Assembly: GCF_001447785.1 (NCBI RefSeq)
Contig: NW_015167580.1
Span: forward strand, 396,687 to 460,198
Length of the DNA stretch: 63,512 nucleotides
Direction of reading: 5' to 3'
DNA from: Gekko japonicus
Taxonomy: Eukaryota
Part shown: positions 1 to 11,809 of the stretch, piece by piece
Layout: every line of letters starts with the position of its first letter
Numbering within the stretch: the first letter of the stretch is position 1
The notes under the pieces: model-generated
Seen by the model: the letters and a program-made list of their open reading frames with translations, nothing else
Told to the model about the DNA's origin: nothing
Databases searched by the model: none
Position numbers and translations under genes: made by a program

Positions 1-2130
1 TTCTTTCGTGTTGGGAGACAAGCTGGTTTAAGAAGGCTTTTTGATGTTTCTAATAAGGGAGGTTTACTAGAGAAAAATAAATTAGAAGAGCTACTAAATA
101 AACCAATTCCTTGGTTTAATTACTTTCAACTAAATCACCTAGCCCCAAGACTCCAGCTTCACAAACTACATAACAGACTGTTCACACCTCTTGAAAAGAT
201 TCTTAAAAGAGTTGATGATATTAAATGAGGCTTTGTTAAGATGACATACAAATTGTTGATTGAAAACTACTCTACTAATATAACTAGATTTCAGAAAAGA
301 TGGCAATCAGACTGTAATATGACATTATCAGATGAGAACTGCATATACTATCTTAAGATCTTCCCTCTTTAAATCCTCCACGATTTGGTACTAAGCGTCA
401 GTCTTAAAAAAATTTGCCACGATGGTACCTTACTCCTCAAAAAATGTTCCATATAAAACAGTCACTCCAAACTGTTGGAAACCGTGTGGAGAAGTGGGGT
501 CCTTTGACCACAGTTGGTGGCAATGCAGATGCATCCATGAGTTTTGGTTTTCGGTTTTAAACAAAATATATCAGATAAAGGGCTGTGATGTTCCGTTTAG
601 GCCTGAATTTATATTTTTGAGTTTTTGGCCTGACCCCTCTATTCCTAATTTTTTTTTAAAAAACCCTTAATTTAAATATTATTGAAACCCTCTACTGGCT
701 AAAAACCCAAGAGAGGAGATCCTCACTAGCTTCATTACATCAAGTCTTCACTTCATTTAGATCAATATAAACTGAGCCAGACATTTAAGTACTTTTTCTT
801 TTTCATTAACTCTTAAAACTTAACTGTCTAAGAACAGTACCCCCCAGTCATCCCCATTCACAGTTCTCAAAGGCAAAATTCAGAGTCTTTCAGCCTTTAC
901 TTCTCTTTTCCTCATCTCTTCCGCAGCTTATAAGGACTTTTGGGGGCAGCTGCCCCTTGCTCCGTCAGAGAGTCCTCTCCGGAAGAACCCGAGTCCAGCT
1001 CGCCACTAGACTTGCTGTCCTCTTCTTTTTTTCCGTCCTCTGGTCTTCCCAGCTGAACCCTTAGAAATTCTTGGGCTTTCAGAACAGAGTCAATCTTTTC
1101 TTTTTTATCCTTAAACTTGAAAGTAACAACTTCTGGAAATAGCCATTTATATCCAATTGAGTTTGTCTGAAGGAAAAGCACAAGCTCTTTGTACTTCTTT
1201 CTCCGTTGTCTTGCTTCAAATGGAATATCCTTTAGCATTCTGATAGTATTTTTCCCCACTTTCAGTGGTACTCCAGAAACTGCTTTCCGGATTGCATCCC
1301 TCACATGACTTCTCAAGAATCTTATAACAATTTCCCCAGGCAGATTATTTTTCTTAATATAGCCTGAATATGATTGATAGACCACATCCATATCGCTCAG
1401 CAACACTTCTGCCTTCATTTCTGTCACTGGGGCTAGCAATTCACTCATAACTTCTTTAAGATTCTCTCCCGATTTTTCCAGCATGCCCTGGAAGCGAAGA
1501 ATCATATTAGCCTTTTCCATTTGCACTTGTAACAGTTCCCCTTTTCTGTGATAGTTTTTGTAGTTTGAAAAAAAAAATCCCTTCTGGGGCTCAAATTTTT
1601 TAAATATTATTAGTGGCGGCAATAAACTGCCATTGCTTTGAAATGGGAATCCAATTCATTACCAATGTTATCTTTGTGCTTAGATAAAATTTGGAATATT
1701 TATGTGATGAAAAAGATAACTGATCGATTGTTACAACATGAACTCTTTCCTAGACACTCAAATTTCACTGAGAAATTGTTTCCTGTTCTAGATTATATGT
1801 CAACACACAGTTTAATTCCAGACAAAAAAAAATCAGTAAATTTTCCAATCCATTTATGTCATCAGTTAATTGTAAAAGAGTCTTATTGCCAAAACATATA
1901 TATACCTTTACCTCTTATTGAAAAATAATTTAGTCTCTTTTTTTAAACATTGTAATATACTAGTTTATTATTGTTCATAGGAAAATTGGTTTAAGAATTC
2001 TAGTGGTACTTTTCCCACCATCTTTATACACAAAGAGATGCACGTAACCTATGAGCTTATTATTAATGGATGTTAACTACTAATCTTTACATTGTTAGGG
2101 TTTGTTATTCATAAATTCGATAAAATGTTA
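1..2130 (+). mobile_element. Decayed L1-clade LINE 3' end (ORF2 C-terminus and 3' UTR), interrupted at 684-1598
   Basis: CCHC-type zinc knuckle CWKPCGEVGSFDHSWWQC with frameshifts and stops. Paralogous copy at ~8410-10080. Confidence 0.75.
684..1598 (-). mobile_element. L1-clade ORF1 fragment insertion
   Basis: ORF 912-1622(-) resembles the L1 ORF1p RRM/CTD (LRFQG..E..IVIRF..RDAI..IRMLKD..R..YK..LFP). Flanked by a 13-bp repeat TTTAAATATTATT (671-683, 1599-1611). Absent from the paralog near 9080. Confidence 0.72.
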
Positions 2131-3031
2131 AATGGGAAAAGAGCAGCAGATCAGAAGAATCATAATGTCCAATAGAAGACAGAAATAAGCCAGATAAAAA
2201 TTCATTGAAAACAGCAGAGAAAAGAACAGGTCAGCAATGACAACAATCATCAAGAAACCCTGCTCCCTGTTTACAACTGACAAACAGGGCGTGAGCCAAA
2301 CCAGACAGTGTTCAAGCATCCTTAAGATCAATTGTTTCCTCTCAGCAACCTACTAAGGCAATGCTACTTTCCTGTATGCTGAAGAGTCTGATTTTATAGC
2401 ATTAATGAATATGGTGAATGGTAGAAGTCAAGAAATCCTGACGCTGTCTCACTCCCCATGTAACCATGTGGAGGAGCTCAAGAGCTTACTCTACAATACA
2501 GCGCGCACACAGACAGAGTGAAAGAATGCATGGGGACAAAAATCTTCTTCATCTGCTGTTATCCAACCAAGTGTCACTTGCCTTCAGTGCCCCACAACCC
2601 TAGTGTATTAGGGCTGACCAGCTCTTTCCCACCTGCTGGTGTTCGCATTCATTTAGCCTGCAGAGGGCTTTCCTAAATTATCTTTCGAAGTGGTGAAACA
2701 GTTTCCTTTCTGAACAGAGACTTTCTTCTCATTATGGATCTGCTTGTTTGTATTATCAGACCAAACACTTTCTCCACAACACAGATGATAATAGGATGGG
2801 TAGGTTGCCTGGTTTGGTAGGCAATGCACAGCCCTTCACCCCTGGCCCCACCAAACAGGTAGGGGGGAACAGTATCATGCAACAGGGCAATGTCATTTTC
2901 AGCCCCAAAGCAAAAAAAAAAAAAAAATTGAAGTGACATGACCAAGGCTCATGGGTGGAGGAAGGAAAACACAGGCAGATGGAATGGGAAGGGAGATGGT
3001 GGATGGGACGGTGGTGGGCAGAGGTGGGGAG

Positions 3032-3237
3032 CAGTGTTCCCTCTAAGCTGAGTTAGTGTGAGCTGGCTCACAGTTTGTTAGCCTCCGGCTCACACATTTT
3101 TGTCTCAGCTCAGGAAGGAAGGCTCCAGAGCAAACTGACTTGTGCAGCAGCCAAATGGCTCGCTCACAACTTTAATGCTAGTAGCTCACAAACCAGAATT
3201 TCTGCTCACAAGACTCCACAGCTTAGAGGGAACATTG
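3032..3237. mobile_element. hAT MITE (family A)
   Basis: TIR CAGTGTTCCCTCTAAGCTG, 8-bp TSD GTGGGGAG. Absent from the paralog near 10660. Confidence 0.88.
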
Positions 3238-3794
3238 GTGGGGAGGGGGGCGCTTCTGTGACTCCAGCACACTGACATAATATTAAGTAGACAGTGTAGA
3301 AATGTATTCCTTCTCATTCACACAGCAGCAGGATGGGCCCAGGAGATCAAATCAGTTATCAAAAAGAAGGAGGACTGCATGGCAAAAAGCAGAGTATAAA
3401 GATTTCAAAACTGTGGGAGAACAGGAAGTCCTTTTTATATGGATAGTAGTCGTCACAATTACTCAACATCCTTTAGTACAGATTATTCCTTCATCAAACT
3501 ATCAAACCTTACTGCTGTATCCATACCAGCAGAGTAATAAAAGAGGGATCCATCCCATCCTTCCAGTACCTGGATTTAAAAAGGATTCTATTATTCGTTT
3601 GTGATCCGTTCACTTTGATTGACACAAAGAACCAGGATGTGATCCTCTCCGTTTGGTGCACATTATATTTTCATTCTCAGCCCCCCCTCCCCAACACACA
3701 CACACACAATGAAGAAAAATTCAGTTATAACACTGCCAAAACCAAAGGCCAAATGGAAGCATCAATCACCCAAGAATGGCAAATCCTAACAACA

Positions 3795-3862
3795 GGGCCA
3801 ATCAGATTACAGTTTATTAACATGGGGGCGGAGCAGAGACGCAAATAGGACAGAAATAAAAG
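3795..3862 (+). promoter_or_regulatory. V1 promoter (CCAAT, GC box, octamer variant, TATA-like)
   Basis: CCAAT 3798-3802, GGGGGCGGAG 3824-3833, ACGCAAAT 3839-3846, AATAAAA. The same layout recurs upstream of the other complete V genes. Confidence 0.7.
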
Positions 3863-3927
3863 GACTTCCTTTGTAAAGACTTCCAGTGTGTTTCCTTTCC
3901 TCATTTGGATCACTGAATCAAATCATC

Positions 3928-4405
3928 ATGTTCTGGCCACTCCTTCTCACCATTCTAGGGATGTGCTACACAGGTGAGAGCAGGCTGAACAGATATTCCA
4001 GTTATTGATAAGGTGAGTGCAGCTGAAGAGCAAAGTGTACCTAACAGTTTTTGCATTACTTTTTGGCCAGGTACATACTCTCAGGTTGCTCTGTCTCAGC
4101 CACCATCAGCATCTGTGTCAGCAGGGACTACAACAAAAGTCTCCTGTGTGGGCACCAGCGGGTTCAGTGTCAGTGGCTCCTACATGGCCTGGTATTAGCA
4201 GAACCCTGGGAATCGCCCAAGATACCTCTTGTATTATTATTCCGATTCCAGCAAGGGCCAGGGCTCTGGAGTCCCTTCTCGTTTCTCTGCCTCCAAAGAC
4301 ACATCCAGCAACACCTTCTACCTAACCATCACAGGAGTCCAGGCAGAGGATGAGGCTGTTTACCTCTGTGGTGGACATCATGGCAGTGGCAGCAGCTGGA
4401 GGTAA
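3928..4405 (+). pseudogene. IGLV pseudogene V1 (premature stop)
   Basis: Leader 3928-3973 (MFWPLLLTILGMCYTG), intron 3974-4070, V exon from 4071. FR2 WYQ has become WY* (TAG 4196-4198), and YYC is YLC. Terminal TAA 4403-4405. RSS CACAGTG 4407-4413 / 23 / ACAAAATCT 4437-4445. Confidence 0.92.
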
Positions 4406-4705
4406 ACACAGTGATACAATCAAACGGGGAACTGAAACAAAATCTTCCCACTCTGCTTGTTTCGGACCAGCCACATTTTGCAAGGTATCATTTCTGCTTA
4501 AGGACCTGATCTAGTAGTTGGGTGCTCCAGTCTCATTTGAGCTGAAAACTCTTGAGTTGACCCTTAGGCATGTGGGTCTCTCTATCTCAGTTCCCACCTG
4601 CAGGCATAGGTGGACCTCCTGATGGCACCTGAGTTTTGGCCACTGTGTGATAAAGAATGTCAGACTAGATGAGCCATTGGCCTGATCCAAAGTGGATGCT
4701 CTTAA

Positions 4706-5957
4706 GAACATAAGAACATAAGAGAAGCCAATGTTGGATCAGGCCAATGGCCCATCTAGTCCAACACTCTGTCACACAGTGGCCAAAAACAGCAGGTGCC
4801 ATCAGGAGGTCCAGCAGTGGGGCCAGGACACTAGAAGCCCTCCCACTGTTGCCTCCCCCCCCCAAGCACCAAGAATACAGTGCATCACTTGCCCTAGCCT
4901 GAGAGTCCCTATCTATACCTTGTGGCTAATAGCCACTGATGGACCTCTGCTCCATATCTATATATCTAATAGTGAAGGTGCCCCCTGCATACAGATATCT
5001 AAATCCGCACATCGGGGGCACCTGGGGGGCAGGGAGATTTTTCTGCACACTTGGGGCAGTCCCCAGAAGTGCAGGAAAATCTGAAAACTTGGAAAAAATA
5101 TAGGGGGGATATTTAAATCCCCCTAAAAGTAAAAGAGCCTTCCCTGCACATGCGCAGGGAACGCTCTGGGAACTCTGCGGTGGGCTGGAGGTTGGAAGTC
5201 GCTCAGGCCTCGCAGGAGGAGCGGGGGGGAGGAGATCGGTGGCAGTGGAGGAGACCACCGGAGATGAGGGGCAGGAGGAGGTCAGCAGGAGCGGCAGCGG
5301 AGGAGACCGCCAGAGCTGGAGGGGAGGAGGGGATCGGCGGGCCCAGCGACTGGAAGCCACTCGGGCCTCGCTGCCAGAGCGGGGGGGGGAGAGGAGATCA
5401 GCGGCAGAAGAGGACGGTTAAGATCGCTGGAGTGGGTGATCGGTGGGCCCGGTAACTGGAAGCCACTCGGGCCTCGCTGCTGGAGCCGGGGGGAGGGGAG
5501 GAGACCGAGGGTGGGGGGAGACTGGTGAGGCCCAACAGCAGCAAGCCACTCAGGCCTTGCTGCCAGAGCCAGGGGGGAAGGAGACACGGGGGGGGACCGG
5601 CGCACTCGGGCCTCACCACCAGAGCTGGGGATGGTGGTGGAGGGGGGGTGAAGGAGACCGGGGACGGGGGGAATTGGCGGGTTTGGTGGCTGGCAGCCAC
5701 TCAGGCCGCACCGCCGGTGTCTGGGGATGGGGGGGGAAGGCTTACCTGCAGCTGCTGCTGCTGCTGCTTCCTCCTCCTGCTCTGCGTGGAGCTCTTCTCC
5801 CCCCACCCCACGAGTATCGCGGGTCCCCTTTCTTGTGCTTATCTAATTCCCTCTTGAAGCTGTCCATGGTTGTAGCCACCACCACATCCTGTGGCAGTGA
5901 ATTCCATGTGTTAATCACTCTTTGGGTGAAGAAGTACTTTCGTTTATCTGTTCTAAC
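4706..5957 (-). mobile_element. CR1 LINE 3' end, interrupted by a Helitron
   Basis: (AAGAACAT)n tail on the + strand. Colinear with the CR1 at 33518-34075. Confidence 0.8.
4957..5835 (+). mobile_element. Non-autonomous Helitron with GC-rich internal repeats
   Basis: Inserted between A and T of CTCCATA|TGCTTATC (empty site at ~33754-33768) with no TSD. 5' TCTATATATCTAATA, subterminal hairpin CCCACGAGTATCGCGGG, 3' CTTG (CTRR variant). Confidence 0.72.
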
Positions 5958-7326
5958 CTCTTCTTATAGTCTTATGTTCTTAATATTGGCCTACCTTCCA
6001 GGGTTCAAGCAGTTTGAATCCTTTTTACCTCTTTGCTCAAAAATACAAACAAGATTTAGTATCATTAATTTAAAAACATCACCGCGGCAGTAGCTACCCC
6101 CACTGGACAGCGGCACCAGTGCCTAAGAAGACCCCCAAGTTGATGGTGGGAGGTGGTGGCAATGGGTACAGAGGAGCAAGCAGCGGAACATCGATGGACA
6201 AACACACAAAATAAAGGGAGGATTGTCAGGCCAAGATTAAATTGACATTACATGCAAAGACAGAAATCGGGATGGGAAAGCTTTGAAAACATTTTTCCCT
6301 GTAATGCTTTGGTGGACAAATTGGGGTGGGGGCATTTTGACAATCTCCGTAAGCCTAGCATTACAATGATACCTCCTTGTTTTAAATTCTGAAAACTCAT
6401 TGGATGCCCCCCTCCCACATCACGTGACCTTTCAACCCTAACTGAGGAAAACTGTGATTCTTGATTGTATGTGCAAAATAGATGCACAGAATACACCAGA
6501 GGAAGAACAATGGTATGAACAGAAGGCAAAATACATCCAAAATCAAGTTTAAAGTCTTGACTGCTGGGATTCTCCTCAGTAAGATGTGAGTGCAGGAAGG
6601 GCCTTGGTCTCCAGTTGAAGTCAAGACTTTTCAAGAGAGGGCACAACCAAACAAAGAGAGAATCATGGAAACAGCTATCACAAATAAGAAAAACTTTTCC
6701 AGACTAACTAATAATAATTACTTCCAAATGCATTTTGGTAATTTTATATAATTTCCACTTAAATACTGCAAAACATGCCAAGTTATTCAGTGTGTAGTAT
6801 AGAAAAATACGATCTCAATTTGGTATTAATTCAAAAAGATTCACTCAGTAGTGTTAAGTCCTGATTTCAAAAATTGATAAAAGGGAAGAGTCTCCTAAGG
6901 AGTATGGGATACATTCAGTATACACAAATCGTAGCAACTTACATCTATGGTAATTTCAGTATGCATTATTTGATCCCTACACAATTTAAACTAATACATG
7001 CCGATTAAAGTGGCCTGGGGGGGGGTGTTTATGTTGTGCGTGTGGCACATATTCGGATGGATAAAACAGAACCATTCCACTGGCAGAAGGTANNNNNNNN
7101 NNNNNNNNNNNNNNNNNNNNNNNNNNNNNNNNNNNNNNNNAATTACTAGGATGCAATCTTATATCTTTATTGCACCTTATCTCCCTTCCCAGGAAAGAAG
7201 GACTGAAACAAAGTAACTCAATCCCAGTCTGCCACAGCCCAAAGACACAACCCTTTTGTGGTCAGGGTGACGCATCACTCACCCAAGAATGGCACATCCT
7301 GCCTTTAAGTGTCCCTTTCATCAATA

Positions 7327-7391
7327 GGGCCAATCAGTTCACAGCTAAATAATAGGAAGGTGGAGCCCAGATGCAAAGAGGAGAGATATAA
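7327..7391 (+). promoter_or_regulatory. V2 promoter
   Basis: GGGCCAATCAG (CCAAT 7330-7334), ATGCAAAG 7371-7378, TATAA 7387-7391. Confidence 0.7.
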
Positions 7392-7466
7392 GGGGCCATT
7401 ATTGTTAAGACTTCCCATATTATCTCTTATCTTTCCTTTCCTCATTGCATCAACAAGCCCCTCATC

Positions 7467-7939
7467 ATGTTCTGGCCACCCATTCTCAGCCTTCTAGCGT
7501 TATGGTGCACAGGTGAGAGCAAATACACACTCAAATTACTGTTAGGATGAATGTATCTGATAAACAAAGAGTTTCTGACACTTTCTGCCATATATTTTTT
7601 TTTCCAGGTTTGGACTCTCAGCCTGTGCTGACTCAGCCCCCATCAGCATCAGTGTCACCAGGGAGCACAGTGAAGCTCTCCTGTGTCATGGGCAGCGGGT
7701 TCAGCATCAGTAGCTATTATATAGCCTGGTACCAGCAGAAGCCTGGCAACCCCCCAAGATACCTCTTGTACTATTATTCCGATTCCAGCAAGGGCCAGGG
7801 CTCTGGAGTCCCCTCTCGTTTCTCCGGGTCCAAAGACACATCTGCAAACATCTGCCATTTAACCATCACAGGAGTCCAGGCAGAAGACGAGGCTGATTAT
7901 TACTGTGGTACTTACAGAAGTGGGAGCAACTATGTGTAA
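7467..7939 (+). CDS. IGLV segment V2, apparently functional
   Basis: Leader 7467-7512, intron 7513-7607, open V exon 7608-7936 ending [11 protein letters not shown] then TAA. RSS CACAGTG 7941-7947 / 23 / ACAAAACCT 7971-7979. Confidence 0.93.
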
Positions 7940-8409
7940 ACACAGTGATACAGTCAAATGGGGAACTGAGACAAAACCTTCCCCACTATGCTTAGTGCAG
8001 AACAACATATTTTTGTGAGATTCAATTTTGTGGTCAAAGGACTGGTCTCTGATCTAGCAGGATCTCATGGAACTTAGCTTCATACTCGTGAGGTGGCTTG
8101 AGGCAAGCAGGATTCTGTTGGCTTACCCTACCGTTAGCCTGACCCACTCCCCACACACATTTAGGCTAATTATTCTGGCCTACCCTGAGAGGCTCCAAGG
8201 GAGAACTCTGTGAGCTACTTTGACTCCCCACTGGGGAGGAAGGTGGGATATTAAAGAAATAAACAAATAAATATATAAATTGTTATTTCTATTTTCTTAA
8301 TTCAAACTATAATAATGACTAGAGGCGTGATATAACTATCCTATGTAAATGGACACTAAGAGGTGATACAAAAATACAAAGAGTTACACAGAAGTGAGTA
8401 TTAAGATTG

Positions 8410-10080
8410 TTCCTCATTTTGTCTTGTGAGAAAAGCTGGTTTAAGAAGGCTTTTTGACATTTCTAATAAAGGAGGTTTACTAGAGAAAAATAAATTAGAA
8501 GAGCTACTAAATAAACCAATACATGGTTTAATCATTTGCAACTAAATCACTTAGCCTCAAGACTCCAGCTTCACAAACTACAAAATAGACTGTTGGCAGC
8601 TCTTTAACAGTTTCTTAAAAGAGTTGATGATATTAAACAAGGCTTTATTAAGATGACATACAAATTGTTGATTGAAAACTCCTCTACTAATATAACTAGG
8701 TTTCAGAAAAATGGCAATCGGACTGTAATATGACCATTATCAAATAATACCTGCAATAATATCTTGATATACTCTCCCTTTAAAACCTCCACAATCAGCA
8801 CAAAGCATCAGTCTTACAAAATTTTACCACGATGATACCTTACTCCTCAAAAAATGTTTCACATGAAACAGTCACTCACTCCAGACTGTTGGAAACAGTG
8901 TGCAGAAGTAGGGTCCTTCAACCACTGCTGGTGGCGATGCAGACTCATCCACGAGTTTTGGGTTTCTATTTTAGACAAAATATATCAGATAATGGGCTAT
9001 GATGTTCCATTTAGGCCTGAAATTATATTTTTGAATTTTGGATCTGATCCCTCTATTCTTAAAATCAAAAAAGACTTAATATAAATATTATCAGTAGCAG
9101 CAAAAACTGCCATTGCTTCAAAATGGAAAACCAATTCATTACCATCTTTATTGCTATGGTTTGTTAAAATCTGGAATATTTATGTGATGGAAAAGATAAC
9201 TGATACTTGATTGTATATATGTCAATGGCAGCAAGGATATTATACACCAAATATTGGAAGACTCAAGAAACACCAACTAAAGAAGAATACATTAATAAAC
9301 TACTAGAAGCTGCGGAAATGGACAAATTAACCATGGAAATGAGAGGCACAAAGAAATGGACATTTCAAAAAACCTGGAAGAGGCTATATGATTGGTACAA
9401 TGAGAATGGACTTAAAGATTAAGCTTATATGGTAAAATTAACATTGGAATGTGTAGCAATTTATAATAATGGAATTAGAGAATATTAAGAAATGTTGGAG
9501 AATAATGAAGGGATTATGTAGAGGTAGTAGCAAATTGTAATAAGTCTCTTGGCCTATATGTTGTTTGTTGTAGTTGTTTATGTCTGTGTGTAGGTATATA
9601 AGAAAATAATAAAGGTGTACCTTCGGGTACTTAAAAAAAGAAAAAAGAAAAGATAACTGATCAATTGTTACAATATGAGCTCTTTCCTAGACACTTGGAT
9701 TTCATTGAGAAATGGTTTCCTGTTCTAGGTTATATGTCAACACACAATTTAATTCCAGACAAAATAACATCTCTAAATTTACCAATCCATTTATAAATCA
9801 TTGACTGTAAAAAGCTCTTATTGCCAAAACATATATATACCTTTATAGCTTATTGAAAAACCATTAAGTCTCTTTATCTAACTATTGTAATATACTAGTT
9901 TATTATTGTTCATAGGAAAATTGGTTTAAGAATTCTAGTTGTAGTTTTCCCACCATCTTTATATTTAAAGAGATACACGTAACCTACGAGCTTATTATTA
10001 ATAGATGTTCACTATTAATCTTAATGTTGTTAGGGTATGTTATTCATGAATTCAATAATATGTTAAATGCAAAAAAAAGC
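8410..10080 (+). mobile_element. Decayed L1-clade 3' end (paralog of 1-2130)
   Basis: CWKQCAEVGSFNHCWWRC motif and an A-rich end near 10071-10078. Colinear with the copy at the window start. Confidence 0.75.
9205..9646 (+). mobile_element. 5'-truncated L1-clade insertion nested in the older L1
   Basis: ORF2 C-terminus (AARILYTKYWK..P..EE..KL..AEMDKLT), AATAAA, A tail, and a 15-bp TSD GAAAAGATAACTGAT (9190-9204, 9647-9661). Confidence 0.85.
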
Positions 10081-11331
10081 ATCAGACCAGAGGAATCATA
10101 ATGTCGAACAGAACACAGCAATAAGCCAAAAATATATATATCACTGAAAACAGCAGAGAAAAGAACAGGTCAGCAGCTATAACAATCATTAAAAACCTGC
10201 TATTCACCATGCACATTCCCTCCCACATGTGCTGCCCAGTGTCATTGGGGAAGTATATGTAGGTAGTCAGAGTAGGGATGCTTTTGGTAGTCCCAGTGAA
10301 AGCCGTTCCAGTAGGGATGCCAGACTCCATGTGGGTGTGGGGATCCCTTGGAATTAAAGCTCATCTCCGGACTAGAGAGATCAGTTCCCCTGGAGAAAAC
10401 GGATGTTTTGGAGGGTGAACTCTATGGCATTCTACCCCAGTGGGGTCTCTGTCCTCCCCAGACTCCATATCCAAATATCCAGGAGTTCCCCAGCCTGGAT
10501 ATAGCAATTCTACCCAGGGGGTGCCTGGGAACCCTACAGCCCAGTCATCTATTGTCTGGCACCATCAGAGAAAGGATACGTGGGAAGGCTCATGGGTGGC
10601 GGAAGGAAAACATAGGCAGATGGATGGGAAGGGAGATGGTGGACGGGACAGTGGTGGGCAGAGGAGGCCGCTTGTGTGACTCCAGCACACAAACATAATA
10701 TTAAGTAGACAGTATAGAAATGTATTCCTTCTCATTCACACAGCAGCAGGATGGGCCCAGGAGATCAAATCAGTTATCAAAAAGAAGGAGGACTGCATGG
10801 CAAAAAGCAGAGTATAAAGATTTCAAAACTGTGGGGGAAAAGGAAGTCCTTTTTATATGGATAGTCAAAATTACTCAACATCCTTTAGTACAGATTATTC
10901 CTTCATAAACCATCAAACCTTACAGCTGTATGCATACCAGCAAAGTAATAAAATAGGGATGCATCCCATCCTTCCAATACCTGGATTTAAAAAGGATTCT
11001 ATTATTCATTTGTGATCCATTCACTTTGATTGACATAAAGAACCAGGATGTGATCCTCTCCGTTTGGTGCACATTATATTTTCACTCTCAGCCCCCACAC
11101 ACACACACACACAATGAAGAAAAATTCAGTTATAACACTGCCAAAACCAAAGGCCAAACGGAAGCATCAATCACCCAAGAATGGCAAATCCTAACAATAG
11201 GGCCAATCAGATTACAGTTTATTAACATGGAGGTGGAGCAGAGATGGAAATAGGACAGAAATAAAAGGACCTCCTTTGTAAAGACTTCCAGTGTGTTTCC
11301 TTTCATCACTGGATCACTGAATCAATTCATC

Positions 11332-11809
11332 ATGTTTTGGCCACTCATTCTCAGTCTTCTAGGGATGTGTTGTACAGGTGAGAGTAGATCAAACGGATAT
11401 TCCAGTTATTGCTAAGGTGAGTGCGGCTGATGGGCGAAGTGGGTCTGACAATTTTTGCATTTATTTTTGGTCAGGTACGTACTCTCAGCTTGCTCTGTCT
11501 CAGCCACCATCAGCATCTGTGCCAGCAGGCACTACAACAAAACTCTCCTGTGTGGGCAGCAGCGGGTTCAGAGTCAGTGACTCCTACATGGCCTGGTACC
11601 AGCAGAACCCTGGGAATACCCCAAGATTCCTCTTATGGTATTATTCCGATTCCAGCAAAGGCCAGGGTTCTACAGTCCCCTCTCGTTTCTCTGCCTCCAA
11701 AGACACATCCAGCAACACCTTCTACTTAACCATCACAGGCATCCAGGCAGAAGATGAGGCCGTTTACTACTGTGGTGGACAACATGGTGGTGGTAGCAGC
11801 TGGAGGTAA
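11332..11809 (+). CDS. IGLV segment V3, apparently functional
   Basis: Leader 11332-11377, intron 11378-11474, open V exon ending CGGQHGGGSSWR*. RSS CACAGTG 11811-11817 / 23 / ACAAAATCT 11841-11849. Confidence 0.92.

Noticed and set aside
4926-6093. Stack of GC-rich ORFs
   Set aside because: They lie within the Helitron minisatellite and CR1.
7547-7607. N-terminal extensions of V ORFs in the ORF track (also V3, V5, V6, V8, V9, V13, V15)
   Set aside because: They are leader-intron sequence. The true N-termini are the spliced leader exons.
7666-7672. CACAGTG in FR1 (also V4, V8, V12, V13) and TACTGTG at YYC as cryptic RSSs
   Set aside because: No recognisable nonamer at 12 or 23 bp where checked, and both are explained by codon constraints (STVK, YYC).
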